A DNA stretch of 64,000 nt from a virus (lineage: Duplodnaviria > Caudoviricetes). Below are positions 16,668 through 26,161 of the stretch, in pieces. The DNA is taken from the IMG/VR virus record IMGVR_UViG_3300044840_000109, positions 17,597 to 81,596 of that record; one strand, written 5' to 3'. Position numbers and translations under genes: made by a program. Every line of letters begins with the position of its first letter. Position 1 is the first letter of the stretch. The notes under the pieces were generated by a model, which saw only the letters and a program-made list of their open reading frames with translations, was not told where the DNA came from and did no database searches.

Positions 16668-17111
16668 CTATTCGATTCTCCCGATGATGGTTTTCGGGAA
16701 AAACCCGCCGCGGAGCTGACCCAGCGCGGCGCGAGCCGGAGCGGAGGCGGAGTCCTGAGTGCGCATGGCCGACATGCCGGCGGTGGAGTGCTGGGCGCGG
16801 TCCAGGCCGTAGTTGCAGTCGAAGCAGCGCAGGGGGGAGTTGGACGTGCCGCGCCCGTAGTTGCCGCTGCCGCACATGGGGCAGGTGTCGTGCAGGTGGG
16901 CCGAGGGTGCCAGGCGCTGGGGGATGGCGGTGGCGGTCAGCGGGTGCACGTCCAGCGGGCCGGGCGGCGCCGGGGTGGGCTGCGTGGCCAGGCCGGCGGT
17001 GGCGTAGGTCGGCTGCTGCCACCAGGGGATGCCGGCGGGGGGTGCTTCGTAGGAGGCGGCCGGGGCGGCGGGTTGCACGCCCGCGAGCTTCCTGGACCAG
17101 AAATCGCTCAT
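16668..17111 (-). CDS. Zn-ribbon hypothetical protein
   Basis: Start MSDFWSRK; CPMC...CFDC. Confidence 0.7.
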   Translation of the reverse strand: MSDFWSRKLAGVQPAAPAASYEAPPAGIPWWQQPTYATAGLATQPTPAPPGPLDVHPLTATAIPQRLAPSAHLHDTCPMCGSGNYGRGTSNSPLRCFDCNYGLDRAQHSTAGMSAMRTQDSASAPARAALGQLRGGFFPKTIIGRIE

Positions 17112-17383
17112 GGCTGGTGTACCTCCCGCAGTGCGTCGGTGACCTCTTCGTCGGTGAAAATGTGGGCGCAGCCGAAGTCGTGGCAGACCCCCACCCACTC
17201 ACCTCCGTTGGCGGTGACCCACGCGGCGTCGTCGCCCTCGCCGCAGTGGACGCGCAGCGCACCGTTGTTGCCCCACTGGAGTCGGGCGCCGCCGATGTCC
17301 ATGATGATTTTCGCGTGTGTTTCGGAGTCGGTGGGGTCGTAGCGGTGCAGCTCGTAGTACTGGGGGATGGTGACGAACATCAT
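17108..17383 (-). CDS. hypothetical protein
   Basis: Start trimmed to MMFVTIP; ATGA overlap. Confidence 0.6.
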   Translation of the reverse strand: MMFVTIPQYYELHRYDPTDSETHAKIIMDIGGARLQWGNNGALRVHCGEGDDAAWVTANGGEWVGVCHDFGCAHIFTDEEVTDALREVHQP

Positions 17384-17520
17384 CGCGCCTCCAGCAGATG
17401 CGTTCCGAATTCCAGGTGCGCGCCCGTGGTCGTGGTCCACACGCGCGATTTCCAGCTGCAGCAGCAGCTGCTCCAGCAGCCGAAGCGGCGCGTCCAGTAG
17501 AGGGTCAGGTGGTGCTTCAC
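17380..17520 (-). CDS. 46-aa Cys/Trp-rich peptide (not in the ORF track)
   Basis: MKHHLTLYWTRRFGCWSSCCCSWKSRV...; GTGA and ATGA overlaps with both neighbours. Confidence 0.5.
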   Translation of the reverse strand: MKHHLTLYWTRRFGCWSSCCCSWKSRVWTTTTGAHLEFGTHLLEAR

Positions 17521-17876
17521 GGAGTGACCTTCAGCTTTCCGATGTCTACGAGGTGGGCCACGGAGGCGTGGACGGCGGCGGAGGCGATGGCCTGGTAGAG
17601 GCCGAGGTCCTCGGTGCCGTCGTTGTTCCCCGCCATGAAGAGATTGTGTACGACGTTTCCGGCGATGGCTGCCGTCTCGGCGATGTCGGTGGCGATTTCA
17701 CCGACGGCATTGATGCGCCCGTGCGATTCCAGGTGCTCGCGCTCGTCCACGTCGGGTGACGAGGGAGTCAGGTCGAGCGTATGACACCACTCGGGGAATT
17801 GAGGACACGCCACCAGGTCACGCACCATGCCGCGGTACGTGATGAGGCGTCGGTACTCCTGCACGTGCGGCTCCAT
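17517..17876 (-). CDS. hypothetical protein
   Basis: 119-aa ORF after AGGA SD. Confidence 0.65.
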   Translation of the reverse strand: MEPHVQEYRRLITYRGMVRDLVACPQFPEWCHTLDLTPSSPDVDEREHLESHGRINAVGEIATDIAETAAIAGNVVHNLFMAGNNDGTEDLGLYQAIASAAVHASVAHLVDIGKLKVTP

Positions 17877-17906
17877 AGTCCTAATGTAAGCGGGTTGATT
17901 TACCTA

Positions 17907-19817
17907 TTATTTGGCCTCCGACCAGCGGTCGCAGATCTTGACGTCCGTGGTGAGGGGGACGGAGAGCAGTTGCATGTCGGTTCCCGCCATTGCCTCGTGC
18001 AAAAGGACCGCTCCCTCCTTGGCGATGTCCTCGGGGCACAGGGCGGCGAGTTCATCGTGCACCGTGAGGATTAGCCGCATACCCGGCAATAGGGTTTTGT
18101 GCATGCGCGTCATCGCCAGCTTGGTGATGTCGGCGTTCGATCCCTGGATATGTGAGTTGACGACCTGACGTTCCGCTTCGGCGCGCATGCGCGGGACGTG
18201 GGAGAGGAGGTTGGGCAGACGTCGCTTGCGGCCGAGCAGGGTGCGCAGGTAGGGCTCGGGCCGGCGGGCGCGTACGGTGCGCAGGATCTCCGCCTTGTAC
18301 CGGTAGATCTCGGGGAAGTTCTTCTTGTGGGTGGCCAGGATCTGCTTGGCCTGACGCACGGAAATCCCCGCCATCTGGGCCACGGTGTCGGGGCCGGCGT
18401 CATAGTTGATCGCGAAGGCGATCGCCTTGGCGATGGTGCGGGCATCCTTGGTGACGTCCTCCGGAGCGATCCCGAAGACGGCGGCGGCGGTGGCCGTGTG
18501 GGCGTCGATGCCGTCCCAGAACCCCTGCCATAGCGCGCCGCGGCCGGCGAAGTGCGCGAGGATGCGCTGCTCGATCTGGGCGTAGTCCGCGACCAGCAGC
18601 TTGAATCCGGCGGGGGGGACGATGAGGTTGCGGATGCGCTGCCCGTAGAACGTGTCGGCGCGCGGCCAGTTCTGCACGTTCGGGTCAGCGCAGCTGAACC
18701 GGCCGGTGACGGTGCCGTACTGCTTGAAGCTCGGGTAGATGTGCCCGTTGAAGATTTTTGTCGGCTTGTCCTCGGTGCCGAGGTAGCCATCGACGTAGGT
18801 GCCCAGGATCTTCGAGTGCTCCTGGTAGTCCAGGATCTCGTCCACGACGTGGTTGCCCTTGTGCGACGCCAGCGCCTTCGCGTCGGTGCTGGGGGCGCCC
18901 TTGTCGGTGAAGCGCGTTGGACGCAGGCCCTGGCCGCCTTCGTCCCTGGGGCCGTAGAGGATCTTCACCTTCTGTGGCACGGAGCCGAGGTTGAACGTAG
19001 TCCCCGCAGCCTGGTAGACGCGGCCCTCGGTGAGGACCAGGTGGGCGCGCAGGTCATCGCGCAGGGCCTCCAGCGCGGCGCGGTCGATGGGGGCGCCGCG
19101 TTGCTGCATGTGCAGCAGGCAGTGCAGGACGTCCATCTCCAGGTCCCACACGGAGTCCAGGCCCTGGGCGGTGAGCTGGGGGCGCCAGCGCTTCCAGTGC
19201 AGCCAGGTGGTGCGCCCGTCGAGGTAGGCATAGGTGTGGACCTTGCCGAACTCGTGGGCCTCGACCTTGCGACCGACGTTCTCGTGGTCGTAGTCGAGCT
19301 GGTAGGTGGCCTTGTCGAGCGCCTTGAGGCCGATCAAGCGGTTCTCGTTCGCCAGCCACGCGGCGACGATCGTGTCCCCGTAGGGCGGGGGAGGAAATTC
19401 TCCGCCGAAATACTTCGCCACGCTCAGGAGGTCGAAGGGTGCGTTGTGCGCGATTTTCCTACGGTCGGAAAAGAACAGCGGTCGCAGCGCGGAGAAAACC
19501 TGGGACGGGCGTAGCTGCGGAGGTGGCTCGGTGAACAGTGCGTGGACGGTCTCCCGCTCCCCGGTGGTCTTGTTTTTCCGCCAGGTCGCCTTGCGCAGGC
19601 ACTCGTACCCGTTGGGGTGGCCCATGGGGATGACGGTGGTGGCACCCTCGGTGGCCAGGGAGATCCAGGTGACGGTGTTGACCGCGGGGATGCCCCGGTG
19701 CTCGCCCACGGTCTCTACGTCGAAGGCGAACTCGTCGTGCTGCGAGAAAAACGCGATGGTCTCTTCGAGTGAATCCAGGTCCGTGACGAGCTGTGGAGGG
19801 TGCATCGCGGCCTTCAT
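17907..19817 (-). CDS. polA: DNA polymerase family A with 3'-5' exonuclease
   Basis: FDVET, HNAPFD, TGRFS..PNVQN, ADYAQIEQR, KAIAF..NY, VHDEL; start uncertain (19877, 19817 or 19805). Confidence 0.92.
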   Translation of the reverse strand: MKAAMHPPQLVTDLDSLEETIAFFSQHDEFAFDVETVGEHRGIPAVNTVTWISLATEGATTVIPMGHPNGYECLRKATWRKNKTTGERETVHALFTEPPPQLRPSQVFSALRPLFFSDRRKIAHNAPFDLLSVAKYFGGEFPPPPYGDTIVAAWLANENRLIGLKALDKATYQLDYDHENVGRKVEAHEFGKVHTYAYLDGRTTWLHWKRWRPQLTAQGLDSVWDLEMDVLHCLLHMQQRGAPIDRAALEALRDDLRAHLVLTEGRVYQAAGTTFNLGSVPQKVKILYGPRDEGGQGLRPTRFTDKGAPSTDAKALASHKGNHVVDEILDYQEHSKILGTYVDGYLGTEDKPTKIFNGHIYPSFKQYGTVTGRFSCADPNVQNWPRADTFYGQRIRNLIVPPAGFKLLVADYAQIEQRILAHFAGRGALWQGFWDGIDAHTATAAAVFGIAPEDVTKDARTIAKAIAFAINYDAGPDTVAQMAGISVRQAKQILATHKKNFPEIYRYKAEILRTVRARRPEPYLRTLLGRKRRLPNLLSHVPRMRAEAERQVVNSHIQGSNADITKLAMTRMHKTLLPGMRLILTVHDELAALCPEDIAKEGAVLLHEAMAGTDMQLLSVPLTTDVKICDRWSEAK

Positions 19818-19933
19818 GGCTGGTAGAAATAGTCCACGTCGGCACGGGGCGTCACAAATCCCGCCGATGTACAGCACCCCTCGGCGTTGTCCGATGTGCC
19901 CACGTTGTGGCGTCGGGGGGTGCGCCCAATTTC

Positions 19934-20620
19934 TTAGTCGTCCAGCAGGATCTTCACGATGTCGCCCATGTCGGCGGCGTCGAGGGTGTCCTTGACGGGC
20001 TCCTTATAGGCGTCGACCTGGAAGCCGAGGATGACCTCCTCGCTCAGGGGCGGCATTGCGTACTCCTCTTCGAGGTCACGGGCGCGGATGCGCTCCAGTA
20101 CGTACTCCACCGACTTGTTTTTCTGCACCTTCTTGACGCTGAAGTACAGGTCGGCCCGGTTGAGCGGCCCCTTCTTCTCGTCCAGCGCGATTTCCTTGAG
20201 GAGTCGGGCGATTTTCACACCGGCCTCCCAGACCCGCAGGACCGGGAGCTTGGGGTCGGCGAGGGAGACGACGTTGAAGCAGGCCGCGAACTTCTTGGGC
20301 TTGTCGCCGATGCTGCACAGGGGGCAGTCGGCATTCGCCCAGCAGCGGATGGACTTGCTCCCGTCCTCCACCTCGTCCACCCAGTGCGAGACATAGTTGT
20401 CGAAGGGCTCGGAGTCCAGGATCTTGATGACGGTGTCCTTTTCCTCGACCTTCAGGTAGAGGTCTCCGCCGACGCCCGCGGCGGCCTTGTCCATGCCGCC
20501 CCATCCGCTGGTGTCGGTGACCGCGGGAGCGACGGCGCTTCCCTCGGAGGCGCCCTTCTTGAACTCGGCCTCCTTGGTGTCCGGGAGGGAGCGGCGGCGG
20601 CCGAACTGCTTCTCAGGCAT
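19934..20620 (-). CDS. single-stranded DNA-binding protein (putative)
   Basis: Position in the replication block; H..C..C.LC Zn motif; acidic C-terminus. Confidence 0.6.
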   Translation of the reverse strand: MPEKQFGRRRSLPDTKEAEFKKGASEGSAVAPAVTDTSGWGGMDKAAAGVGGDLYLKVEEKDTVIKILDSEPFDNYVSHWVDEVEDGSKSIRCWANADCPLCSIGDKPKKFAACFNVVSLADPKLPVLRVWEAGVKIARLLKEIALDEKKGPLNRADLYFSVKKVQKNKSVEYVLERIRARDLEEEYAMPPLSEEVILGFQVDAYKEPVKDTLDAADMGDIVKILLDD

Positions 20621-21077
20621 TTTCGTTCCATTCGTGGATGGGCGGGGGCATGATTCCCTTGGTGGTGCGGAAGAGTTCCGTGCACCTGGAGGGGAAAAGG
20701 GTTTCTCCGAGGTACCTTTTGGTGCCGTGGAGAAGTCCCTCGTCAGTGGCGATACGGACCACGCCGTCGATCTGCTGGCGGGTGTAGAGGCGTCGCTGCC
20801 CGTGACGGGAGGCGCCGTTGTAGACGAAGGTGGGGCGCGGGAAAAGCCCGGCCTGCTCCCACTTGTAGATGGTTTTCGGGGAACGCTGGAGCGCGTGGCC
20901 GAGGTGGGATATCCCGAAGAACTCGCGCATGTATCCGTCCACGCGCTTGTAGATGGGGTCTTCGTCCCATCCCGAGAATCCGCGCGAGTAGAGGGATGTG
21001 TGCGTGGGCGGTCCCAGGGGCTGGGTGGTGCCCGGGTACACGTCCAGGGGCCGGCGCGGCTGCGGGGGGATGCTCAC
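20613..21077 (-). CDS. MerR-like HTH protein
   Basis: ISHLGHALQRSPKTIYKWEQAGLFP...RRLYT; start GTG 21077. Confidence 0.7.
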   Translation of the reverse strand: MSIPPQPRRPLDVYPGTTQPLGPPTHTSLYSRGFSGWDEDPIYKRVDGYMREFFGISHLGHALQRSPKTIYKWEQAGLFPRPTFVYNGASRHGQRRLYTRQQIDGVVRIATDEGLLHGTKRYLGETLFPSRCTELFRTTKGIMPPPIHEWNENA

Positions 21078-21427
21078 GACGTGGAGTCCATCTCCCGCAG
21101 CAGGCGCACCCGGGCCGCGTCCAGCTCGTCCAGCTCGGCGCGCAACTCCTTGGCTCGGCGTTCTTTGGGCGTCAGCTTTCGGCTGATGACGCCGCTGCCG
21201 GACAGGTCCAGGAGGTGGGCGATGGCGCACAGGGTGAGCCCGTCGGGCAGGGACTTGCCGGCGAGCCAGGTGCTCACGGTCCAGGGGCTGAAGGCGCCGC
21301 CCTTGCGGCCGAGCAGGGAGCCGAGCAGGTCCCCGAGGTCCGCGGTGGTCAGGTGCAGATCGTTCATGCGCTCCGTGATGGCCTCGGCGTTGAGGCCGAA
21401 GGTGATTTCGCTGCCGTATTCGTTCAT
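21074..21427 (-). CDS. XRE-type HTH transcription regulator
   Basis: TVSTWLAGKSLP...IAHLL plus C-terminal coiled coil. Confidence 0.7.
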   Translation of the reverse strand: MNEYGSEITFGLNAEAITERMNDLHLTTADLGDLLGSLLGRKGGAFSPWTVSTWLAGKSLPDGLTLCAIAHLLDLSGSGVISRKLTPKERRAKELRAELDELDAARVRLLREMDSTS

Positions 21428-21891
21428 GTGGCGAGCCCCTTGAATGCGTAGCTCTCGTGCTGGACGAAGATGGCGTCCATGTCGGATTCGGTGAGCACTC
21501 CCTCCTGCAGGAGCACGTACAGCTCGTCGGGGTCGAACACGGGGCGCATCGGGAATGCGCGGCGAAGGAATTCCTCGCCCTTGGAGCCGATAATCTCCTC
21601 GGCGCGGTCGACGTCGGGGGAGATGCTGACGCGGCGTTCGCGCTTGATGCGCTGGTACTTGTAGCCGCCCACTTCGAGTTCGAAGGGGAGGTCGATGTAC
21701 TGCGAGCCCTTGTGGTCGCGGTAGCCGCGCTCCTCGACTGCCTTGACGACGCGGTCTCGCAGCTTGTCCCGGACGCGCATGCTGATCTCGATCTCCGCTT
21801 TGAGCATCGCCCACTGGCGGAATACCGGGATAATCGGGTCCACGGGGACCGGAGTTTCTTCTTCGTGTACGTCCGAAAATGGCTCGGGCAT
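21424..21891 (-). CDS. hypothetical protein
   Basis: 155-aa ORF, first gene after the promoter box. Confidence 0.7.
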   Translation of the reverse strand: MPEPFSDVHEEETPVPVDPIIPVFRQWAMLKAEIEISMRVRDKLRDRVVKAVEERGYRDHKGSQYIDLPFELEVGGYKYQRIKRERRVSISPDVDRAEEIIGSKGEEFLRRAFPMRPVFDPDELYVLLQEGVLTESDMDAIFVQHESYAFKGLAT

Positions 21892-21951
21892 ACGGGTGAC
21901 CTACTTCCTGTGGGAGTGGTACCGGGAGCTACTGCAACATCCGGTGCGCTC

Positions 21952-21995
21952 AGCCTATGAGCGGGAAAAAATGACGAACAGGAGCCGAACGGGTG
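21952..21995 (-). promoter_or_regulatory. promoter with box CACCCGTTCGGCT-N10-ATTTT-N10-TAGGCT
   Basis: Same architecture as 16565-16608. Confidence 0.6.
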
Positions 21996-21998
21996 GCG

Positions 21999-23594
21999 TT
22001 ATCTCTTCGCCACATGCTCGGTCAACGAGGCCACGTCGTTGACCAGGATTCCTTCTCCGCGGCCATCGACAATGGCGCTGGAAAGCTTCCCGCGCAGCGC
22101 CAGGGTGGCCTGCTGACGCTCCTCCACGCTGTTCTCCGTGACCAGGTTCACCACGTACACCCGGGAGAACTCCGAGGACGCGCGCACGTGCCGCGTGTTC
22201 CGCTGGTCAAGCACCCCCTTGGAATCGGGCAGGTCGTAGTTGACCAGGTACTGCGCCTCGGGGAGGTCGAGCCCGTAGCCCCCCGCGTTGGTGGACAGGA
22301 AAATCCTGCAGTCAGGGTCCTGCTGGAACTTCGCCACGGACCCTGCCTTGTCCACCGCGTTGAGCTGCCCGTGGAACAGCACCATGTCCGCGTGCTTGTC
22401 CAGACGCGCGGCCATGTAGGGGAGCATGCGGCGATAACTGGTGAAAATCGCGACCTTCGTCCCCTCCTCGGAGAGCATGTCGCCAACCACGCGGTCCAAC
22501 TCGTCCAGCTTCGGCGTGCGCTTCAGCAGCTGGCCGATCTCGGAGATCTGGTCAACGAACTCGGCGATGTACTGCGAGCCCTCGCCGCGGCCCTCGTGGA
22601 AGGCCTCGGCGCTGTCCATCAGCAGCTCGGGATGGTCCAGCAGCATCCGCGCGGCGAGCAACCTCGCCATGACCTTGCCCTGGGCGCTGGTGCCGCTCTC
22701 GGAGGTGGCGCCGTTGTAGTAGGCGGCGAGGTCGAAATCCTGGCCGCTCTCGGCCAGCTCGTCCAACGCGGTCGCCAGGTCGTCCAGAATGAAGTTGTAG
22801 TGCCGCCGCGTCAGGAGGTCCAGGCTGATCGGGCGCGTGGTCTCCGCGACCTCGGGCAGGTACTTGGCGACCTCGGGGTCCAGGCGCGACTTGCGGATCA
22901 TCGACGTCTGCAGGCGCTCGTGCAGCAGCCCCAAGTTCTTGTAGCTGCGGACCGCGCCCCAGTGGTTGCGCACGATGAAACTCTTGTCGAACAGGTCCCA
23001 GCGCCCCAGGCAGTTGCGGTCCACCCACTCCATGATCGAGAACACCTCCTCGGGACGGTTTTCCACGGGGGTTCCGGACAGGGCGACGCGCGTGTCCGTG
23101 GTGATGCCCTTGATGCGCTTGCTGGTCTCGGCCGCGAAGTTCTTAATGACCGTGGCCTCGTCCAGGACCACCGCATCGGGGGCGGTGGCACACATCTCCT
23201 CCCAGTCGTTCAGCACCGCGCTGTAGGAGGCGATGATGTAGTCCGGCTTCTGCTCCCGGGCGGCGGCCCACTGCTCGGCGCGCTTTTTCGCGGTGCCGTT
23301 GATGACCGCGCACCACTCCTGGTAGGGGACGACGATCTCGTTGCCGCGCATCAGCAGGGCCTGCGTGTCCATGTCGGTGAACTTGGCGAGGGCGCGGGCC
23401 CACTGCCATTTCAGGGACGCCGGCACCAGGACCAGCACGGTGCGGATCTCACCGCGGGCGAGAAGTTCCTCCAGCGCGGCGATGGTGAGCACCGTTTTTC
23501 CGGTGCCCATGCTGTAGGCGACGAGGAGTTTTCTGCGGTCCAGGATCTGCTCGACCGCTTCCACCTGGTAGGGGTACAGCTGACCTGTGAACAT
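21999..23594 (-). CDS. SNF2-like SF2 helicase
   Basis: MGTGKT, LDEAT, LSGTPVEN, GGYGLDL, QRNTR. Confidence 0.9.
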   Translation of the reverse strand: MFTGQLYPYQVEAVEQILDRRKLLVAYSMGTGKTVLTIAALEELLARGEIRTVLVLVPASLKWQWARALAKFTDMDTQALLMRGNEIVVPYQEWCAVINGTAKKRAEQWAAAREQKPDYIIASYSAVLNDWEEMCATAPDAVVLDEATVIKNFAAETSKRIKGITTDTRVALSGTPVENRPEEVFSIMEWVDRNCLGRWDLFDKSFIVRNHWGAVRSYKNLGLLHERLQTSMIRKSRLDPEVAKYLPEVAETTRPISLDLLTRRHYNFILDDLATALDELAESGQDFDLAAYYNGATSESGTSAQGKVMARLLAARMLLDHPELLMDSAEAFHEGRGEGSQYIAEFVDQISEIGQLLKRTPKLDELDRVVGDMLSEEGTKVAIFTSYRRMLPYMAARLDKHADMVLFHGQLNAVDKAGSVAKFQQDPDCRIFLSTNAGGYGLDLPEAQYLVNYDLPDSKGVLDQRNTRHVRASSEFSRVYVVNLVTENSVEERQQATLALRGKLSSAIVDGRGEGILVNDVASLTEHVAKR

Positions 23595-23600
23595 CAGCCC

Positions 23601-24584
23601 TCATTTCTTTCGTGCGTACGCCGCGCGGGCACCTTCCACGGCGGCGTGGATCTGGGCGTCGGTCATGTCGCCGACGTCCTTGGCCTCGGTGCCCGTGTAG
23701 TTGAGGAATTTCATGCGCAGTCCGCGTGGCCGCCAGCGCGCGTAGACCTGCGCGGCGGCGGCCAGGCCGGCGGTGTCGTTGTCCAGGGCGAGGACCACCC
23801 GGTCCACACGGCGGCGCAGCAGCCGCATCTGCGTGTCGGAGACGTAGGCGCCGTAGGAGGCCACGCCGCCGGGGATTCCGACGGAGGCCAGGCGCACCGC
23901 GTCCAGCGGGGACTCCAGGAGGATCGCGGTGTCGCCGTCCACCAGCTGGTGGTAGCCGAACACCGCGCTGGATTTCGGGACGCCGTCCGGGCGGTTGCAG
24001 AAGAACTTCCGGCCTTTCTCCTGCCAGCCCAGCAGGGCCCCGGTCAGGGGCTCGCGGATGGGCAGGATCCAGTGGTCGGTGGCCGTGTCCCAGAGCACGC
24101 CGTAGCGCTCGCAGGCGCCCGCCGTCAGCTTCCGCGACTCCAGCGCCTTGGCTGGCGGGGGGACGTACAGCGCGATGGCGGCCTCCGTGATGGCGCCCTC
24201 CTGCGAGAGCGCCTTCGGAGTTACGTCGTCTGTACTTCTGAGGCGGTAAATCCCCTGGGCGGCGATCCACCGCACCGCCCCCGCCCGGTCGATGTCCAGC
24301 GCGTCGACCACCAGTTGCACGAACGGGCCGGAGTAGTGGCAGGAGAAGCAGATGAACGCGCCGTGGCCGCCGTTGACCCAGAACGAGGGCCGGCGGTCCT
24401 CCCTGCCGGTCAGCGCTTTGTGCATGGGGCAGTGGGCCAGGACCTCCTCCACGCCGTCGTGCTCGACGGTGCGCACCGCTGTGATGCCCAGCTCGTGCAG
24501 GGCGCGGGGCAGGTCGGCCGGGACCGGGTTGGAGTAGCCGGCGAGCAGGTCCCAGCCCGTGGAGGCGGAGACCTTACGCCTCAC
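23601..24584 (-). CDS. DNA primase (Zn finger + Toprim)
   Basis: CPMH...CFSC, LESPLD, LDND. Confidence 0.88.
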   Translation of the reverse strand: MRRKVSASTGWDLLAGYSNPVPADLPRALHELGITAVRTVEHDGVEEVLAHCPMHKALTGREDRRPSFWVNGGHGAFICFSCHYSGPFVQLVVDALDIDRAGAVRWIAAQGIYRLRSTDDVTPKALSQEGAITEAAIALYVPPPAKALESRKLTAGACERYGVLWDTATDHWILPIREPLTGALLGWQEKGRKFFCNRPDGVPKSSAVFGYHQLVDGDTAILLESPLDAVRLASVGIPGGVASYGAYVSDTQMRLLRRRVDRVVLALDNDTAGLAAAAQVYARWRPRGLRMKFLNYTGTEAKDVGDMTDAQIHAAVEGARAAYARKK

Positions 24585-24942
24585 GGGATTCCTGCTTGGC
24601 GAGCGCCCTGGCCAGGCGGGCGTTGCGGTTCTTGAGGGCGACGCGCTCGCGGTTGCGCGCGTAGTAGTCGCGGCTGTACTTCAGCGACCGGGCGCGGTTG
24701 TTGCGGCGCCAGATCACCTGGTACTCCTTGTTGGCGGCGCGGAACTTCGTCTCCCAGTTGGGGTCCTCGGCGAGCAGACGCGCCCGGCGCTTTTCGTTGT
24801 ATTCCTTGATGCAGGCCTTGCACTTGCGCTGCTTCTTGTCGGGCCGCGAGGAGTTCTTGTGGAACTCGGTCAGGAGCTTGTACTCCTCGCAGGAGGCGCA
24901 CTGCTTGACGTCGGCTGGCTGGATTTCAGTAGGGGTATTCAT
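24574..24942 (-). CDS. basic CxxC...CxxC protein resembling an HNH/EndoVII N-terminal region without a nuclease domain
   Basis: CASC..K..EF......CKAC then Arg/Lys-rich helix; no HNH motif. Confidence 0.55.
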   Translation of the reverse strand: MNTPTEIQPADVKQCASCEEYKLLTEFHKNSSRPDKKQRKCKACIKEYNEKRRARLLAEDPNWETKFRAANKEYQVIWRRNNRARSLKYSRDYYARNRERVALKNRNARLARALAKQESREA

Positions 24943-26161
24943 TTGCTTCCTCCAGGGGTGCTTCCTCGAATCGGGGGGGATCCCAATGGATGGAGATGAG
25001 GTGGTCCTGCGGGATGGCGTTGCGCGAGAGCAGGACTTTCATGCGGTATTCGTGGTCCTCGTCGGTGGGCTCCATGCCGACGACGAGGTCTGCGTCCTGG
25101 ACCCACGCGGACGTGTAGCCAAGCGAATTGGCGGTCAGGCCCTTGGCGCCGACCTTGTGGGACAGGGACTGGGTGGTGACCACGATGGGGATGTGTGACA
25201 GGGCCAGGCGGCGCAGGCCGCGGCTGATGTTGGTGAGTGCGAGAGGGGTCTGTACTTCCCCGGTGATTTCGTCGCGCAGGAAATAGGCGCCGTCTACGAA
25301 GAGGACGTCGGGGGAGACCTTCTCGATTTTCGCCTGGATACCTGACAGGGTGGTGGCGCCCGCGCGGTCCTCGGTGAAGATGAGGGACTTGTCTTTCTCT
25401 ACCGTGAGCAGCTCGCGCTCAAGGCGGCGCCAGTCCCGGTCCGCCAGGTTGCCCTTGAGGAGTTCGGAGGGGTTCACGCCGTAGCGGAATCCGTCCATGC
25501 GCCGGGCGATTTCCGCGTACGGCATCTCGAAGCTCAGGATCAGGGGCTTGACGCCGTAGTCGTAGGCGGTGCGCGCCATGCCGAGCATGACCGTGGTCTT
25601 GCAGGACTTCGCGAGGCCGGTCAGGACGATGAACTGCTGCGGCTGGATGCCGTTGGTGACCTTGTCGAGGAAGACGAACCCGGTCGGTATCCCGAGCATT
25701 TCCCCGGGGTTTTCGCGGGCCTTGCGGTAGGTCTCCAGGCGGGCGGAGCCGGTCTGGGCGTAGTCGATTTCCTGGCTCTCCGCCGACGCCAGGGCGACCT
25801 GTGTCTGCATGACCCGCAGCACGGCGAGCGCCGCTTCCGGCCCGTCCTTGTCCATGGCGTCGCCGGCGGCGCCCATGCCGAGTTCGACCAGCGTTTCGAT
25901 GCGGGCCTTGTGCAATTGCTTGAGCAGGTAGGTGATCGGGCCCGAGGACTCGGCGACGAACTCGAAGTTCGGGTGGTCGCGCAGGATGGCCTCGGCGGTC
26001 GGGGCCTCGGCGTAGTCCTGCTGGAACGCGATGATGTCCGCGAAGACGCGGCGGTTGTCGGGGTCCAGGAAGTGGTCCAGGCCGATGCCGGCGCCCGTGA
26101 CGGTGAGGAGGTCGCCTTCCAGGGCGATGTAGGAGATGACCTCCTCCTCGACGCGGCTCAC
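24926..26161 (-). CDS. DnaB-like replicative helicase
   Basis: IPTGF..LD, GLAKSCKTT, SFEM, FVDGAY, QDAD; start GTG 26161. Confidence 0.88.
   Translation of the reverse strand: MSRVEEEVISYIALEGDLLTVTGAGIGLDHFLDPDNRRVFADIIAFQQDYAEAPTAEAILRDHPNFEFVAESSGPITYLLKQLHKARIETLVELGMGAAGDAMDKDGPEAALAVLRVMQTQVALASAESQEIDYAQTGSARLETYRKARENPGEMLGIPTGFVFLDKVTNGIQPQQFIVLTGLAKSCKTTVMLGMARTAYDYGVKPLILSFEMPYAEIARRMDGFRYGVNPSELLKGNLADRDWRRLERELLTVEKDKSLIFTEDRAGATTLSGIQAKIEKVSPDVLFVDGAYFLRDEITGEVQTPLALTNISRGLRRLALSHIPIVVTTQSLSHKVGAKGLTANSLGYTSAWVQDADLVVGMEPTDEDHEYRMKVLLSRNAIPQDHLISIHWDPPRFEEAPLEEANEYPY

Noticed and set aside
17907-19817. Modified-base (dZ-type) polymerase
   Set aside because: Motif B is slightly divergent (KAIAFAINYD), but there is no purZ or dNTP-hydrolase gene in the window.
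21993-24635. Long plus-strand ORFs (also 33888..35378, 35453..37762, 42072..44462, 50185..52845, etc.)
   Set aside because: Antisense shadow ORFs of GC-rich minus-strand genes, with low-complexity R/G/A-rich translations.
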